64,000 nucleotides of DNA from an uncultured Clostridia bacterium (GCA_945915235.1 CAMEEX010000002.1:6-64005), one strand, 5' to 3'. Shown: positions 19,521-29,434, numbered from the stretch's first letter. The notes: generated by a model from the letters alone, not told the origin. Made by a program: numbers and translations.

Positions 19521-20894
19521 TTACATATTAATAGCCAACTTTATGTAATCTCCCATTTCATATATTTCACAATTGTTCCCAAGTGAAGCCAACAATTCTT
19601 CTTTTATGTCAGCACTCACCTTATTATCTGCTATAGCAATCATTATTTGATAATCTTCATTGATACTTATTAAATTCTTTAAACTGATTACCGGTATATT
19701 TTCAACTGTATATTCATACGATACATTTGTCTGGCAAAACATATCAACTTTTATACCCATATTCAGCATATAATGTAACAATCTTCGTCCAAAATCCCCT
19801 GCCCCATAGATTATCTTACTTTTTTTACTCTTAATAATCGCCTCTCTTATATCATCAAAATAATCTATAGTATATTTTACATATTTTTTGTATGATTGCT
19901 CAAAGCACTCATCATATAGGTTCTCCTGAATGCAGCGGCACTCTTCACACCATTCAGATAACTCTTTTTTTGTCATCCTTCGTATATTCTTACAATTCAA
20001 CAAAGAATCGCATAACATTATATCCATTTTTTGAACTTGATAGTTAAATTTTTTATGCGTCTCAATATTAAATTCCATCATATATTTCAAGTAATTGGTA
20101 TAAAATTTTATTCTAATATCCTCACTGCATTTTATTGAAGAATTCCATGAGCCTTCGTGCATATAATTTCTTACTGACCAACACTTATCTATGTAATATA
20201 CATCACCATTAAAAGCGCACCAAAATCTCAGAGGATCATCCCCCACCGGACTTGTCATAAAAAAATGTGGTATATTACACCAGTATTCATGTCTAAAAAG
20301 AAATGACGCTGTGGCAGGCCGCCCATGAGCACATGAAAAAATCTCATCGGCATCTACAACTCCACTGTCCATATTAATGATTTGCGGAATTACTTCACCG
20401 GCAGTCTCATCAAAGCGTATGGCATTGTGAAAGCAAAGGCTTACATTCGGCATCCGCTCCATCAGTTCATACTGAACTTGCAATTTATCCTGATATAGCC
20501 AATAATCATCGCCTTCACAAAGTGCAATATACTTTCCTCTCAATTCATACTGCTTAAAGTATGCCATTACTTCCTTTCTTTTACTATGTGAATATGTATT
20601 TGTTTTAGCTATTATTGCACGGATTAATCCAGGATATTTTGTCGCATATTCTCTGACAATATCGGACGTTCCATCATTTGATGCATCATCAAACACAACT
20701 ATTTCATACCCTACATTTAACTTTTGTTTTACAAATCCCTCCAATGTCTTTCTTATATATTTCACATGATTGTATGTTGCACATGAAATAGTTATCTCAA
20801 CCTTTTTACTTTTCAATTCATCCGAATAGAATTCCTCATAATCTGTCAACTGCTCTATTTGGGTGTAGAGTTCATTTGAATTAATTTTTTCCAT
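19521..20894 (-). CDS. GT2 glycosyltransferase with C-terminal Rossmann-like module
   Basis: ITISCATYNHVKYIRKTLEGFVKQKLNVGYEIVVFDDASNDGT and CEGDDYW. The C-terminus carries KIIYGAGDFGRRLLHYMLNMG...YQIMIAIA. Confidence 0.75.
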   Translation of the reverse strand: MEKINSNELYTQIEQLTDYEEFYSDELKSKKVEITISCATYNHVKYIRKTLEGFVKQKLNVGYEIVVFDDASNDGTSDIVREYATKYPGLIRAIIAKTNTYSHSKRKEVMAYFKQYELRGKYIALCEGDDYWLYQDKLQVQYELMERMPNVSLCFHNAIRFDETAGEVIPQIINMDSGVVDADEIFSCAHGRPATASFLFRHEYWCNIPHFFMTSPVGDDPLRFWCAFNGDVYYIDKCWSVRNYMHEGSWNSSIKCSEDIRIKFYTNYLKYMMEFNIETHKKFNYQVQKMDIMLCDSLLNCKNIRRMTKKELSEWCEECRCIQENLYDECFEQSYKKYVKYTIDYFDDIREAIIKSKKSKIIYGAGDFGRRLLHYMLNMGIKVDMFCQTNVSYEYTVENIPVISLKNLISINEDYQIMIAIADNKVSADIKEELLASLGNNCEIYEMGDYIKLAINM

Positions 20895-20920
20895 GTTAAT
20901 TTATATCCTTCCCTAACAAC

Positions 20921-23014
20921 CTAAAGTGCAACAACATTCACATAAGGCAAATTCCTGTCTTGCAATATATTCACTATTTCATCATAATATTTACCCGATA
21001 CCGCTGGTATAATTTCAATTCCTTCACAGCGTCCCACTATCTGTTCCAATGTGTATACTGGAAAATTGTTATACTGATCTATACAGTTTTTATTTGTAAC
21101 CACAAAGCCATGTATTGTAGTATTTCTTGATTGCAATAATCTGAATATCTTATCCGCCCACACTCCTGTTCCATATAGATAAATATCTTTTCCAGTACAG
21201 TAATCACACAACTTTTCAAGGTTATTCTCAAGAATTATATCCTCACTACGTCTAACAAAGCGCTTTATAGCATTACTATCAGGGATTGCATCTTTTAATT
21301 TTATTATTTTATTTGCATCCGCAATCTCATCTACAGGTTCTGTATTCTTAGAAGTTTTGATAATATTCAAAACTTCCCCAATTGCATACAATGCCATTAA
21401 CTTATCCTCCGAATGAAATACTATACCATTCTCACACTTTTTGACAGCTTTATTGAACATGGCATCTGCTACACTTTTTCCAAAAGCATCGGAATATATA
21501 CCCTCTTTATAATAATTTTCCACAATATTTTTGATGTCTTCGAACATTCCATTCTGCTCAATGTCATCAATGTTCAACTTATTTTGAATAAAATTTCTAT
21601 AAGGTATAGCCGCAACTGTACTCTCCGCTTTTAGCATCGGATATTTATTGCATAGGTAATCCACATACTTTAATGTATCCTCTTCGAACTTATGCCCTCT
21701 ATCAAATCTATAGTTCAATAATTCAGGGCAGCACCTTTTAATTATCAATGCATATATAACCTCTCGTTTATGTTCCTCTCCTACATCCAGCCCCCTCAAT
21801 GTATAATCCATAAACGGAGATAACATAAACATATTGCTCATCATCCAACGTGTCACCTGTTTACCAAAAAACTTTTCATCCAAGGTTTCCATCATGACAT
21901 ATTCACTATTACTATAAGCATTTATAATATCGTTCCCCGTATATTCTGTAGCTATCCTATGTGAATCTATAGTGTCTAGCAAGGCATCATATAAAATTCC
22001 TGCATTCTCTAAGCCGTCCGCAAATGAAGCCATACGTTCAAAATCCCAATATCCTCTTACGGTCTCACCAAAATGTCCACCTATTCTTATTACTGTGTCA
22101 TCATATATAAGTTCAGGACCCAATACCTGATTCATATCATCAAGCATACAATATTTATATACATCCCTCCAACATTCTCCTTTAACCTTCTGGTTATCAA
22201 AATAATAAGAATCAGAGCAAACTTTAAAATTAAAGTCCCTTGCAATGTCTTCTACAATTTCATAATCCTCATTAAAATATTCTTTTGCTACTTTATCAAC
22301 CGGTTTCGATGTAAAAACTATAATTTTGTCACTATTCAATTTAATGCCACTATAGTTGACCAGCGCAAAAACCGTTCTGCTGTCAAATCCACCTGACAGT
22401 TCTACCCTCATGCGCCACCCGCCAAGCTCTAATCCCTTATATAATTTTGCCCATTTATTAATCCATGTGTCAATAATCCGCATACCTTCTTCAGAATCTA
22501 TATTAACGCGTCTTTTTAACCTATAATCATTATCAATTCTGAATTTTTTATCTTTAATATCAATATATACCGTCGACCATATTGGCACTGATTTTATCTC
22601 ATTTACTAATGTTTTAAATACAGACTGCGACATCATATCTGTAAGAAATAATGACTCTGCATCTCCGATATTAAGCGTAATCTTTTTCTGAACCCCTACA
22701 GTCTCCAATAATTTGAAAAAGGAATTACTCACAGCCCAATAATTATCATCCGAATAATAATATAACCGCATAACTCCCATACTGTCTCTTTGTATATATA
22801 ACTCACCTTGTTTTTTTCTTATAATGATGTATGCACCAACAGCATCATTTAAATCCTCATCACTAATGCTTTCAACCTGCTTATACTCCGAAATATAAGT
22901 ATTTTGGCAGAACATATAACCATAAATATCAGACTCAAACGTGTCCACCGTATCTGAAGTCACAACAAAAAAATTCTTATCAAGCCATTTACTCAAATCA
23001 TTAATATTTTTCAT
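20921..23014 (-). CDS. Asparagine-synthetase-like PP-loop (adenylating) enzyme lacking the N-terminal Cys nucleophile, with C-terminal Rossmann-like module
   Basis: VELSGGFDSRTVFAL is an SGGxDS PP-loop, preceded by an Ntn-like region (ELYIQRDSMGVMRLYYY). The N-terminus is MKNIN..., not MCG. The C-terminus carries DIYLYGTGVWADKIFRLLQSRN. The start is at ATG 23014 after GAAGGG. Confidence 0.7.
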   Translation of the reverse strand: MKNINDLSKWLDKNFFVVTSDTVDTFESDIYGYMFCQNTYISEYKQVESISDEDLNDAVGAYIIIRKKQGELYIQRDSMGVMRLYYYSDDNYWAVSNSFFKLLETVGVQKKITLNIGDAESLFLTDMMSQSVFKTLVNEIKSVPIWSTVYIDIKDKKFRIDNDYRLKRRVNIDSEEGMRIIDTWINKWAKLYKGLELGGWRMRVELSGGFDSRTVFALVNYSGIKLNSDKIIVFTSKPVDKVAKEYFNEDYEIVEDIARDFNFKVCSDSYYFDNQKVKGECWRDVYKYCMLDDMNQVLGPELIYDDTVIRIGGHFGETVRGYWDFERMASFADGLENAGILYDALLDTIDSHRIATEYTGNDIINAYSNSEYVMMETLDEKFFGKQVTRWMMSNMFMLSPFMDYTLRGLDVGEEHKREVIYALIIKRCCPELLNYRFDRGHKFEEDTLKYVDYLCNKYPMLKAESTVAAIPYRNFIQNKLNIDDIEQNGMFEDIKNIVENYYKEGIYSDAFGKSVADAMFNKAVKKCENGIVFHSEDKLMALYAIGEVLNIIKTSKNTEPVDEIADANKIIKLKDAIPDSNAIKRFVRRSEDIILENNLEKLCDYCTGKDIYLYGTGVWADKIFRLLQSRNTTIHGFVVTNKNCIDQYNNFPVYTLEQIVGRCEGIEIIPAVSGKYYDEIVNILQDRNLPYVNVVAL

Positions 23015-23049
23015 AATAAACACCCTTCTGCAGTATTACTACAATAAAC

Positions 23050-24141
23050 TTACCTTATAGAGTCGATAAAATCTTCTAATCTCAGTTTATCGTCTTCTGA
23101 CAATATATCCTCTTGCTTTAATCTTTCACGTTTTACTTCCTCATCAGATATTGCCAACGCATAATGCTTTGTCGCAAATGTATTTACATCAACGGTAACC
23201 AGTCCATTTGATGAAAAAGGCAACAAATATAATTTTCCATCTTTATATACCATATTAGAAAACGGAATATCTTTTACGCCTCTTATGCTGTCAATATTTT
23301 TAAATGTATCCGGCAATTCAATTTTTCTCATCTCGGCAGCCGAAGTATCCTGTACATATATGGAGCCATCCGAATTCACATAAAAAATGTTATTATTTTT
23401 TTTAAGTGCAAATGAACATGAGTTTATTCTTCCATTTTCACTGTCCAGAACCAAGCTTGCAGTACCATCGTCATTTATCCCAAATACACTTTTTCTGTCA
23501 GTTCCACAAGCAAACACCTTTTCCACATCCCCCGTTATCTTGGATAATAGCTTTCCACCGCAATGAATAAGTTTAATAACCTCACCTGCAATATAATCTG
23601 CATATATCACCATATCCGTTCCCGAAACAGCAAACCAGACCCTACCGTTATCACATATATAACTATATATTTTATTCTCACTATTAAACTCTATTGGAAT
23701 ATCTATAATATCTGAAAACGCCAAACCTTGGTCATATGTTCCAGTCTCTGTGTCATATACCATAATATGCTGATTAATATTATACGGAAGCATATAAATC
23801 CTACCTTCAACTGCTTCAGCGCTACAATACAGAAGTTCTCCTATCTTACCAATATTATAATTTAATCCAAGTCTGGTAAAATGCCCTGTAAATCTATCGA
23901 TCTTTATTAACTGAGCTGTATTTCTCAATATACAATAAATAAAATCCCCAACCAAAAGCGAAGTCATTATAAGTCCTACTCTATATATCTCATTATATCT
24001 CCCCAATGGCATTAATCTTGAAATAGTATTATACTTTTCCGTGTCTAAATCCCACTCTGCCATCAACCATGAATCCATATCACTCATAATCAACTTGTTA
24101 TCCAGAAACAGCACATTGTACGTTGACAAATATTTATCCAT
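23050..24141 (-). CDS. Hypothetical protein, repeat-containing (possibly beta-propeller-like), acidic helical C-terminus
   Basis: The ORF fills the gap in the operon. It has recurring hydrophobic-strand/turn segments (IYMLPYNINQHIMVYDTETGTY, VWFAVSGTDMVIYADY, IFYVNSDGSIYVQD, KLYLLPFSSNGLVTVD). I recognise no catalytic motif. Confidence 0.4.
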   Translation of the reverse strand: MDKYLSTYNVLFLDNKLIMSDMDSWLMAEWDLDTEKYNTISRLMPLGRYNEIYRVGLIMTSLLVGDFIYCILRNTAQLIKIDRFTGHFTRLGLNYNIGKIGELLYCSAEAVEGRIYMLPYNINQHIMVYDTETGTYDQGLAFSDIIDIPIEFNSENKIYSYICDNGRVWFAVSGTDMVIYADYIAGEVIKLIHCGGKLLSKITGDVEKVFACGTDRKSVFGINDDGTASLVLDSENGRINSCSFALKKNNNIFYVNSDGSIYVQDTSAAEMRKIELPDTFKNIDSIRGVKDIPFSNMVYKDGKLYLLPFSSNGLVTVDVNTFATKHYALAISDEEVKRERLKQEDILSEDDKLRLEDFIDSIR

Positions 24142-24171
24142 TAAATTATACCTATCCTATCTGCTTAACGC

Positions 24172-25581
24172 TTAAGCCTTACATTTTCTATAATCATCTA
24201 TCAACTTGTACACATCTATAATATTCCCTTTAAAACCTTGCCCTCGTAAATCGGCTTTTATATGTTCATACTGATTATAAACTGTGACAAGCACTGTACC
24301 ATTTTTGTCCAAATATTCACTTTCAATATTATAAAGGTCAATATTTCTGTATTTATTAAGTCTATCATTCCTGTCAATCAGCCCCGTAATTGTCATCCTC
24401 TTCTCGGACTCGTTTAAAAGTATTAATGTCTTAGCAATTGCAGAAAAACCATACAGATACAAATTGTCGCTTGTTTTACAAACATTTTCCGCTATATATT
24501 CGTATAGTTTATTACTGTTCATAAGCTGATTAATAATGCTCATTATTACTTCCTGTTTCGACTTTTCCAATGGTCCCATACCTATATTACTTGCTAAGTC
24601 AGCTGACCATAACAATACCTTAGGATCTTTAAAAATTGGTGATTTCATTACCTCTACATATTGTTCATAATACGGATGATATGGATTTCTAACATCCATA
24701 AACCACTGTATATTTTTATCATATATTCCGCCTGGAACAATCGGACGTATTCTTACCTTATCAGCCCCGAACTCTTCTATACATCGTCTTGCAAATTCAG
24801 GCATCTCCCTGAAATTTTCTTCCTGCAATACTGTCGCAAGCTCAAGGTAATTAATAACGCCTTCTTCTCTGAGCTTTTTTACATACCTCAAATTATTTTC
24901 TATATTAGATATCGGCAGTCTCGTTCCGGATAAATGCTGATAGACCATCTCATTAAAACTCATAACCGTAATACTGACATGCAAATTGTACTTTCCAAGA
25001 TTTGCTATTTTACCCCAATTTTTTTCATTAAAAAGAGAACCATTTGTTTCTAATGCCACTGTCACCTGCTCTGGTGGCGCGATAGGTTTCCATTCTGCAA
25101 GAAGTTTCATAGTCCTCGGACTGGCAAAGAGTTCCCCCCTTCCATTTGCTGAAATGTTTTTTACGTATGGCATTAGTTCTCTTAATCGAGACTCAAGTTT
25201 TTCATACTGTTCTGTATAATCGTTTTCCTTAGTATCTTTCATGTGCTGATAGCTTGTACAACATGTACAGCTATAATTACAATTTCCCTCATATCCCAGC
25301 AGCAACATATCAGGATAATCAGGAAGTGTTTCAATATCAATATATATATCATCTAAATTTCCATTTGAGAGAAATGGACAATTATCTGCATCACAATATG
25401 CAAAGCTACCATCCTGAAATGTTTTCAAAATATCTGCAGCTTTCTCTCCATTTATTAGGGTACTATAATCTGCATCAATAATATTCCCAATCAAATTTTT
25501 TTTCATCCAGCCACAAACTCGTGCGTCACCCTCAGCATTTATAATCTGAAGCCAATTTACAGCTCTTCTACAAACTTTCAT
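24172..25581 (-). CDS. Radical SAM enzyme with N-terminal Cys-rich (SPASM/twitch-like half motif) region and C-terminal Rossmann-like module
   Basis: CNYSCTCC is a CX3CX2C motif. The N-terminus carries CRRAVNWLQIINAEGDARVCGW and YCDADNCPF. The C-terminus carries NLYLYGFSAIAKTLILLNESEK...TVLVTV. The start is at ATG 25581 after GGAGG. Confidence 0.7.
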   Translation of the reverse strand: MKVCRRAVNWLQIINAEGDARVCGWMKKNLIGNIIDADYSTLINGEKAADILKTFQDGSFAYCDADNCPFLSNGNLDDIYIDIETLPDYPDMLLLGYEGNCNYSCTCCTSYQHMKDTKENDYTEQYEKLESRLRELMPYVKNISANGRGELFASPRTMKLLAEWKPIAPPEQVTVALETNGSLFNEKNWGKIANLGKYNLHVSITVMSFNEMVYQHLSGTRLPISNIENNLRYVKKLREEGVINYLELATVLQEENFREMPEFARRCIEEFGADKVRIRPIVPGGIYDKNIQWFMDVRNPYHPYYEQYVEVMKSPIFKDPKVLLWSADLASNIGMGPLEKSKQEVIMSIINQLMNSNKLYEYIAENVCKTSDNLYLYGFSAIAKTLILLNESEKRMTITGLIDRNDRLNKYRNIDLYNIESEYLDKNGTVLVTVYNQYEHIKADLRGQGFKGNIIDVYKLIDDYRKCKA

Positions 25582-25615
25582 ATATGCCTCCAAAAATTTC
25601 CCAATTTATGTAATA

Positions 25616-26521
25616 TTATAACTCTGATATATAATTTTGATAGGACGTGTCAGGATCAAACACAGCTCCCATGTGTACTGTCTTTCTCATCTCTATAGGA
25701 GGCATGGACATATAATCTCCATACGCAACTGTAAGTATGTTATCATACCCTATCGGCATTGGAACATCATAATTTTCGAATTTTCCCATAACTACTTTGT
25801 CAAATGCATTTGTATCATACGTCTGTCTTTCATATCCGTATGCATTATATACCATCAACGCAGTCTTATTTTCATCTATATAATTATATTTTGATGCTAT
25901 CTTCTGTATTTTGTTATAAACTTCTACGCTGGACATTCCCTGCCACTTTTGTACCCTCTCAATGTCCTGTCTACTAAGATTAGGATTATCCTTTCTCATA
26001 TATGTAGAATTTTGAATCGCGAGCTGTATAATAGCATTGTAATCTTTCTCCTGTGTATCTTGGTTTACCTTATCTACCGGAAAAATATCCAAACATATTC
26101 CTTGATTCATTTTACTATACTTAAATTTTTCTATAAGCGATGTTGTGTTTGAGTTTCTCAACCTTGCGAATGAAAAACCACTATATTCATCGGTTAAAGG
26201 TATCTGCAAAAAATACGGATTCTCAAATTCGTATGCTAAACTCACAAATCTATCATAATCATCCCTGAGCATAGCAACATCAATGTCATCATCCCACGGT
26301 ATAAAACCTTTATGCCTTACAGCCCCAAGCAAGGAACCTCCAAATATATAATATTTTAAACCATGTTTTTTACATACACGTTCAAACTCAAGGTATAAAT
26401 CCAACTCAACTGCCCAGATTTTTTTCATTCGTTCATTAACATAGTAATCGCATCTATACTCCGGCTTTAAAAATTCTTCGCTAATTCTTCCACTCTTCAA
26501 TATTCTCTCTACTTCAGTCAT
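25616..26521 (-). CDS. licD: LicD-family phospho-alcohol (phosphocholine / ribitol-phosphate type) transferase
   Basis: YYIFGGSLLGAVRHKGFIPWDDDIDVAMLRDDYDRF is the LicD nucleotidyltransferase-fold signature. Confidence 0.85.
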   Translation of the reverse strand: MTEVERILKSGRISEEFLKPEYRCDYYVNERMKKIWAVELDLYLEFERVCKKHGLKYYIFGGSLLGAVRHKGFIPWDDDIDVAMLRDDYDRFVSLAYEFENPYFLQIPLTDEYSGFSFARLRNSNTTSLIEKFKYSKMNQGICLDIFPVDKVNQDTQEKDYNAIIQLAIQNSTYMRKDNPNLSRQDIERVQKWQGMSSVEVYNKIQKIASKYNYIDENKTALMVYNAYGYERQTYDTNAFDKVVMGKFENYDVPMPIGYDNILTVAYGDYMSMPPIEMRKTVHMGAVFDPDTSYQNYISEL

Positions 26522-27725
26522 GCTCGTTTTCTACCTCAACCTTATAATATTGGCTCATATTATTTGTAATATCTATCATTTCCTGCATTGAATCTGCTTT
26601 AAAAATTATAGTTCCCAATGAGTGGGAAGTATTTTGATATTCATGCACATAATCTCCCGCTTCCGCAGTACAATAAACATTTAATAAATTTTTTTCCTTA
26701 AATCTTCTCTCAAAGTTGATATCTTTAAACCGTCCACTCTCAGTACTATAAATCATATAGTTGCTATAATATCCATTGCTTTCTGCCATTGTCAATTCAC
26801 TGCAGTCTTCTCCCATATAACCCATTATTGTATACTTAACTAAATCAACTCCCGTTGCATACTTTATTAACTGCGGTATATAACTTCCTCCGTTGCGTGG
26901 TCCCAATTCAAGAATAAAAACATTATCATTCTGATCAATTATAACCTCTATGTTATAAGCACATGTTTTCATTCCCAATGCTGTTATCAGTTTTTGCAGT
27001 TCATTATCGATTTTATCTTTCATTTCTTTACTTAATAATGACGGCCAAAATTCACCCAAAGCAACATACTCTCTTGTTCCATTTGAACTATATAGCTCGT
27101 TTCCGTAACTTGTAAATACTAATTTGCCATCTACGGAAAACCCATCACCTGATACCTGATATCCCTTTTTTACAATAAACTCTTCGACAATAAACCTTTT
27201 TTTTCTTGAATAACTAAGCGCTTCTTTAACAGCCTCTTTTAGCCCGGATTTATCATACACCTTAACAACTCCCTTACTTCCTGAGGAGTCCACCGGTTTT
27301 ACCATTACCGGCATTTTATATCTGTCCATATCTGCATATGCTTCTTCATATGAATCATATCCACAAGCGGTTGGCACATTAAAACCATTATTTTTTAGAA
27401 AAGCACGGAACAAATCCTTCTGTGTAAGAATATTAACTGATTTATAGGGATTGCCGATAAGCCCCATTTTTTCTGCTACATATGCTGCTGTTGGCGCAGC
27501 CGGATCAGATGCATATGCTACAATCCCATCTATTTCTTTCTCTTTTGCCAGTTGGAGTACCCCTTCAATATCTGTTGTGCTTACATTATAATATTCATCC
27601 GCCAACTTATGCCCAGGATTTTCCGGCAAATAGTCGCATGTTATAACATGGTATCCCAAATCTTTCGCACATTGTATTGCCGGAATCTGTTGTCTTGCTC
27701 CACCTAACATTAATATCTTTTTCAT
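26514..27725 (-). CDS. ATP-grasp domain ligase
   Basis: A pre-ATP-grasp Rossmann region (KKILMLGGARQQIPAIQCAKDLGY) is followed by MPVMVKPVDSSGSKGV and VFILELGPRNGG. The start is at ATG 27725. Confidence 0.8.
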   Translation of the reverse strand: MKKILMLGGARQQIPAIQCAKDLGYHVITCDYLPENPGHKLADEYYNVSTTDIEGVLQLAKEKEIDGIVAYASDPAAPTAAYVAEKMGLIGNPYKSVNILTQKDLFRAFLKNNGFNVPTACGYDSYEEAYADMDRYKMPVMVKPVDSSGSKGVVKVYDKSGLKEAVKEALSYSRKKRFIVEEFIVKKGYQVSGDGFSVDGKLVFTSYGNELYSSNGTREYVALGEFWPSLLSKEMKDKIDNELQKLITALGMKTCAYNIEVIIDQNDNVFILELGPRNGGSYIPQLIKYATGVDLVKYTIMGYMGEDCSELTMAESNGYYSNYMIYSTESGRFKDINFERRFKEKNLLNVYCTAEAGDYVHEYQNTSHSLGTIIFKADSMQEMIDITNNMSQYYKVEVENEHD

Positions 27726-27744
27726 TATGTACAACCTTCTATGT

Positions 27745-28908
27745 CTAAATATTTTTAATAAAATTCTCTATTCTAATAATTGCTTTCTTCAAATTATCCA
27801 TATCTAATGTAAAGGCAATTCTAATATAGTATTTGTATATGTTTCCATATGTAATCCCGGGAACCACCGCAACATGTTCCATCTCAAGTAATTTGTTGGC
27901 AAATTCCATACAGTCCAATCCTGTCTCACTTATATTCACAAACAAATAAAATGTTCCGTCCGGTTTATGACAGCTTAACTTAGGAATATTATTTATTGCG
28001 GCAACCATATAATTTCTGCGTTCTTCATATACATCACAAATTCTTGTGTCATCCAGATGAAATTTATATGCAGCTATTGCAGCATACTGTGATGGCAATG
28101 GAGCACATGCACATATATTTTCCTGCATCTTAATCATATTTTTTATGAAATCTTCCGGTCCTATTGAATATCCAAGTCTATAACCTGTCATTGCAAATCT
28201 TTTTGAAATACTATCTATCAATACAGTTCTATCCTGCATTCCATCTCTTGTAATAATACTGTCATGCTTTTTCCCGTCAAAAAGTATAGTTTTATATACC
28301 TCATCCGAAAAAATCACTAGATTATATTTATTGGCGATATCCGCAATGTCATCAAGCAATTTGCTGCCCAATTCCATTCCGGATGGATTTGCCGGAGAAT
28401 TCAACACCATTGCAACTGTTCTATCTGTAATCTTTTCCAAAATCTGTTCTGTTGTAGGTTGAAAGTCGTTATCCTCAAATGTATTGATAACTACCGGTAC
28501 TCCCTCACACATTTTGATCATTTGAACATAGTTTACATAATGTGGTGATATGATAATCACCTCGTCTTTAGGATCAAGCAATGTAAGAAATGCCAGATAC
28601 AACGACTCCATTCCACCTACCGTAACCACCACATCTGTATTCGGATTTGCTTTCAAACCATATTCCTTGTAAAAGCAATCACATATAGCCTTACGCAATT
28701 CCATCAATCCTGCATTAGCCGAATATCTGGTTTTGCCACTCTGTATAGCATCACAAGCAGCCTCTTTTATGCCTGTATCTGTCTGAACATCCGGATCACC
28801 TAATGTAAAATCTATAACATCATCATACGCCTGTGCCATATTGAACAATTTTCTGGTCAATGACGCCTCTAATGAATTAGCCTTCTTTGATACTTTCATT
28901 TTCCACAC
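27745..28908 (-). CDS. Class I/II (AspC-like) PLP-dependent aminotransferase
   Basis: NSPANPSG, FSDEVY and SISKRFAMTGYRLGY (PLP lysine motif). The start may be M4 (28899). Confidence 0.85.
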   Translation of the reverse strand: MWKMKVSKKANSLEASLTRKLFNMAQAYDDVIDFTLGDPDVQTDTGIKEAACDAIQSGKTRYSANAGLMELRKAICDCFYKEYGLKANPNTDVVVTVGGMESLYLAFLTLLDPKDEVIIISPHYVNYVQMIKMCEGVPVVINTFEDNDFQPTTEQILEKITDRTVAMVLNSPANPSGMELGSKLLDDIADIANKYNLVIFSDEVYKTILFDGKKHDSIITRDGMQDRTVLIDSISKRFAMTGYRLGYSIGPEDFIKNMIKMQENICACAPLPSQYAAIAAYKFHLDDTRICDVYEERRNYMVAAINNIPKLSCHKPDGTFYLFVNISETGLDCMEFANKLLEMEHVAVVPGITYGNIYKYYIRIAFTLDMDNLKKAIIRIENFIKNI

Positions 28909-29434
28909 CTTTACTCATTTCTTCATCATACTCACATCTAAGGATTGAGTAAATTAGCAAATCTACAAATTTTCCATCTTTATAGTTTGCCTTTCGCTTT
29001 CTTCCTTCATATACAAATCCACATTTTTCGTATAAATGTATTGCCCTTTTGTTATCAGCCAAAACACATAATTCTACCCTTTGTAAATTCAAATTGTTAA
29101 ACGCGTGCCAAAGCATCCTATTTACAGCATAAGTTCCAGCTCCTTTATTTTGATTTTCTGAATCTCCAACCATAATTTGAAATTCTGCAGATTGATTTTG
29201 AAAATTAATAGATGTAAGACTTACAATTCCTAATATCTCGTCACAGGAATCATTAACAATTGCACATCTTACATTTTCCATTCGATTTGCCATATAATTA
29301 TTAAACCAATTCACGTCCACTTCATAATTAATAAATCTAAAAGGTGCCCCTAAATAACTTATTAGTTTTTCGTCATTCCTCCAGTTATTTATTTTATTTA
29401 AATCTCTTCTCTCTATTTCTCTCAGTCTATACAT
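28877..29434 (-). CDS. GNAT-family N-acetyltransferase
   Basis: The N-terminus is RLREIERRDLNKINNWRND. QNKGAGTYAV and HLYEKCGF are acetyl-CoA-binding motif A-like segments. Confidence 0.75.
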   Translation of the reverse strand: MYRLREIERRDLNKINNWRNDEKLISYLGAPFRFINYEVDVNWFNNYMANRMENVRCAIVNDSCDEILGIVSLTSINFQNQSAEFQIMVGDSENQNKGAGTYAVNRMLWHAFNNLNLQRVELCVLADNKRAIHLYEKCGFVYEGRKRKANYKDGKFVDLLIYSILRCEYDEEMSKGVENESIKEG

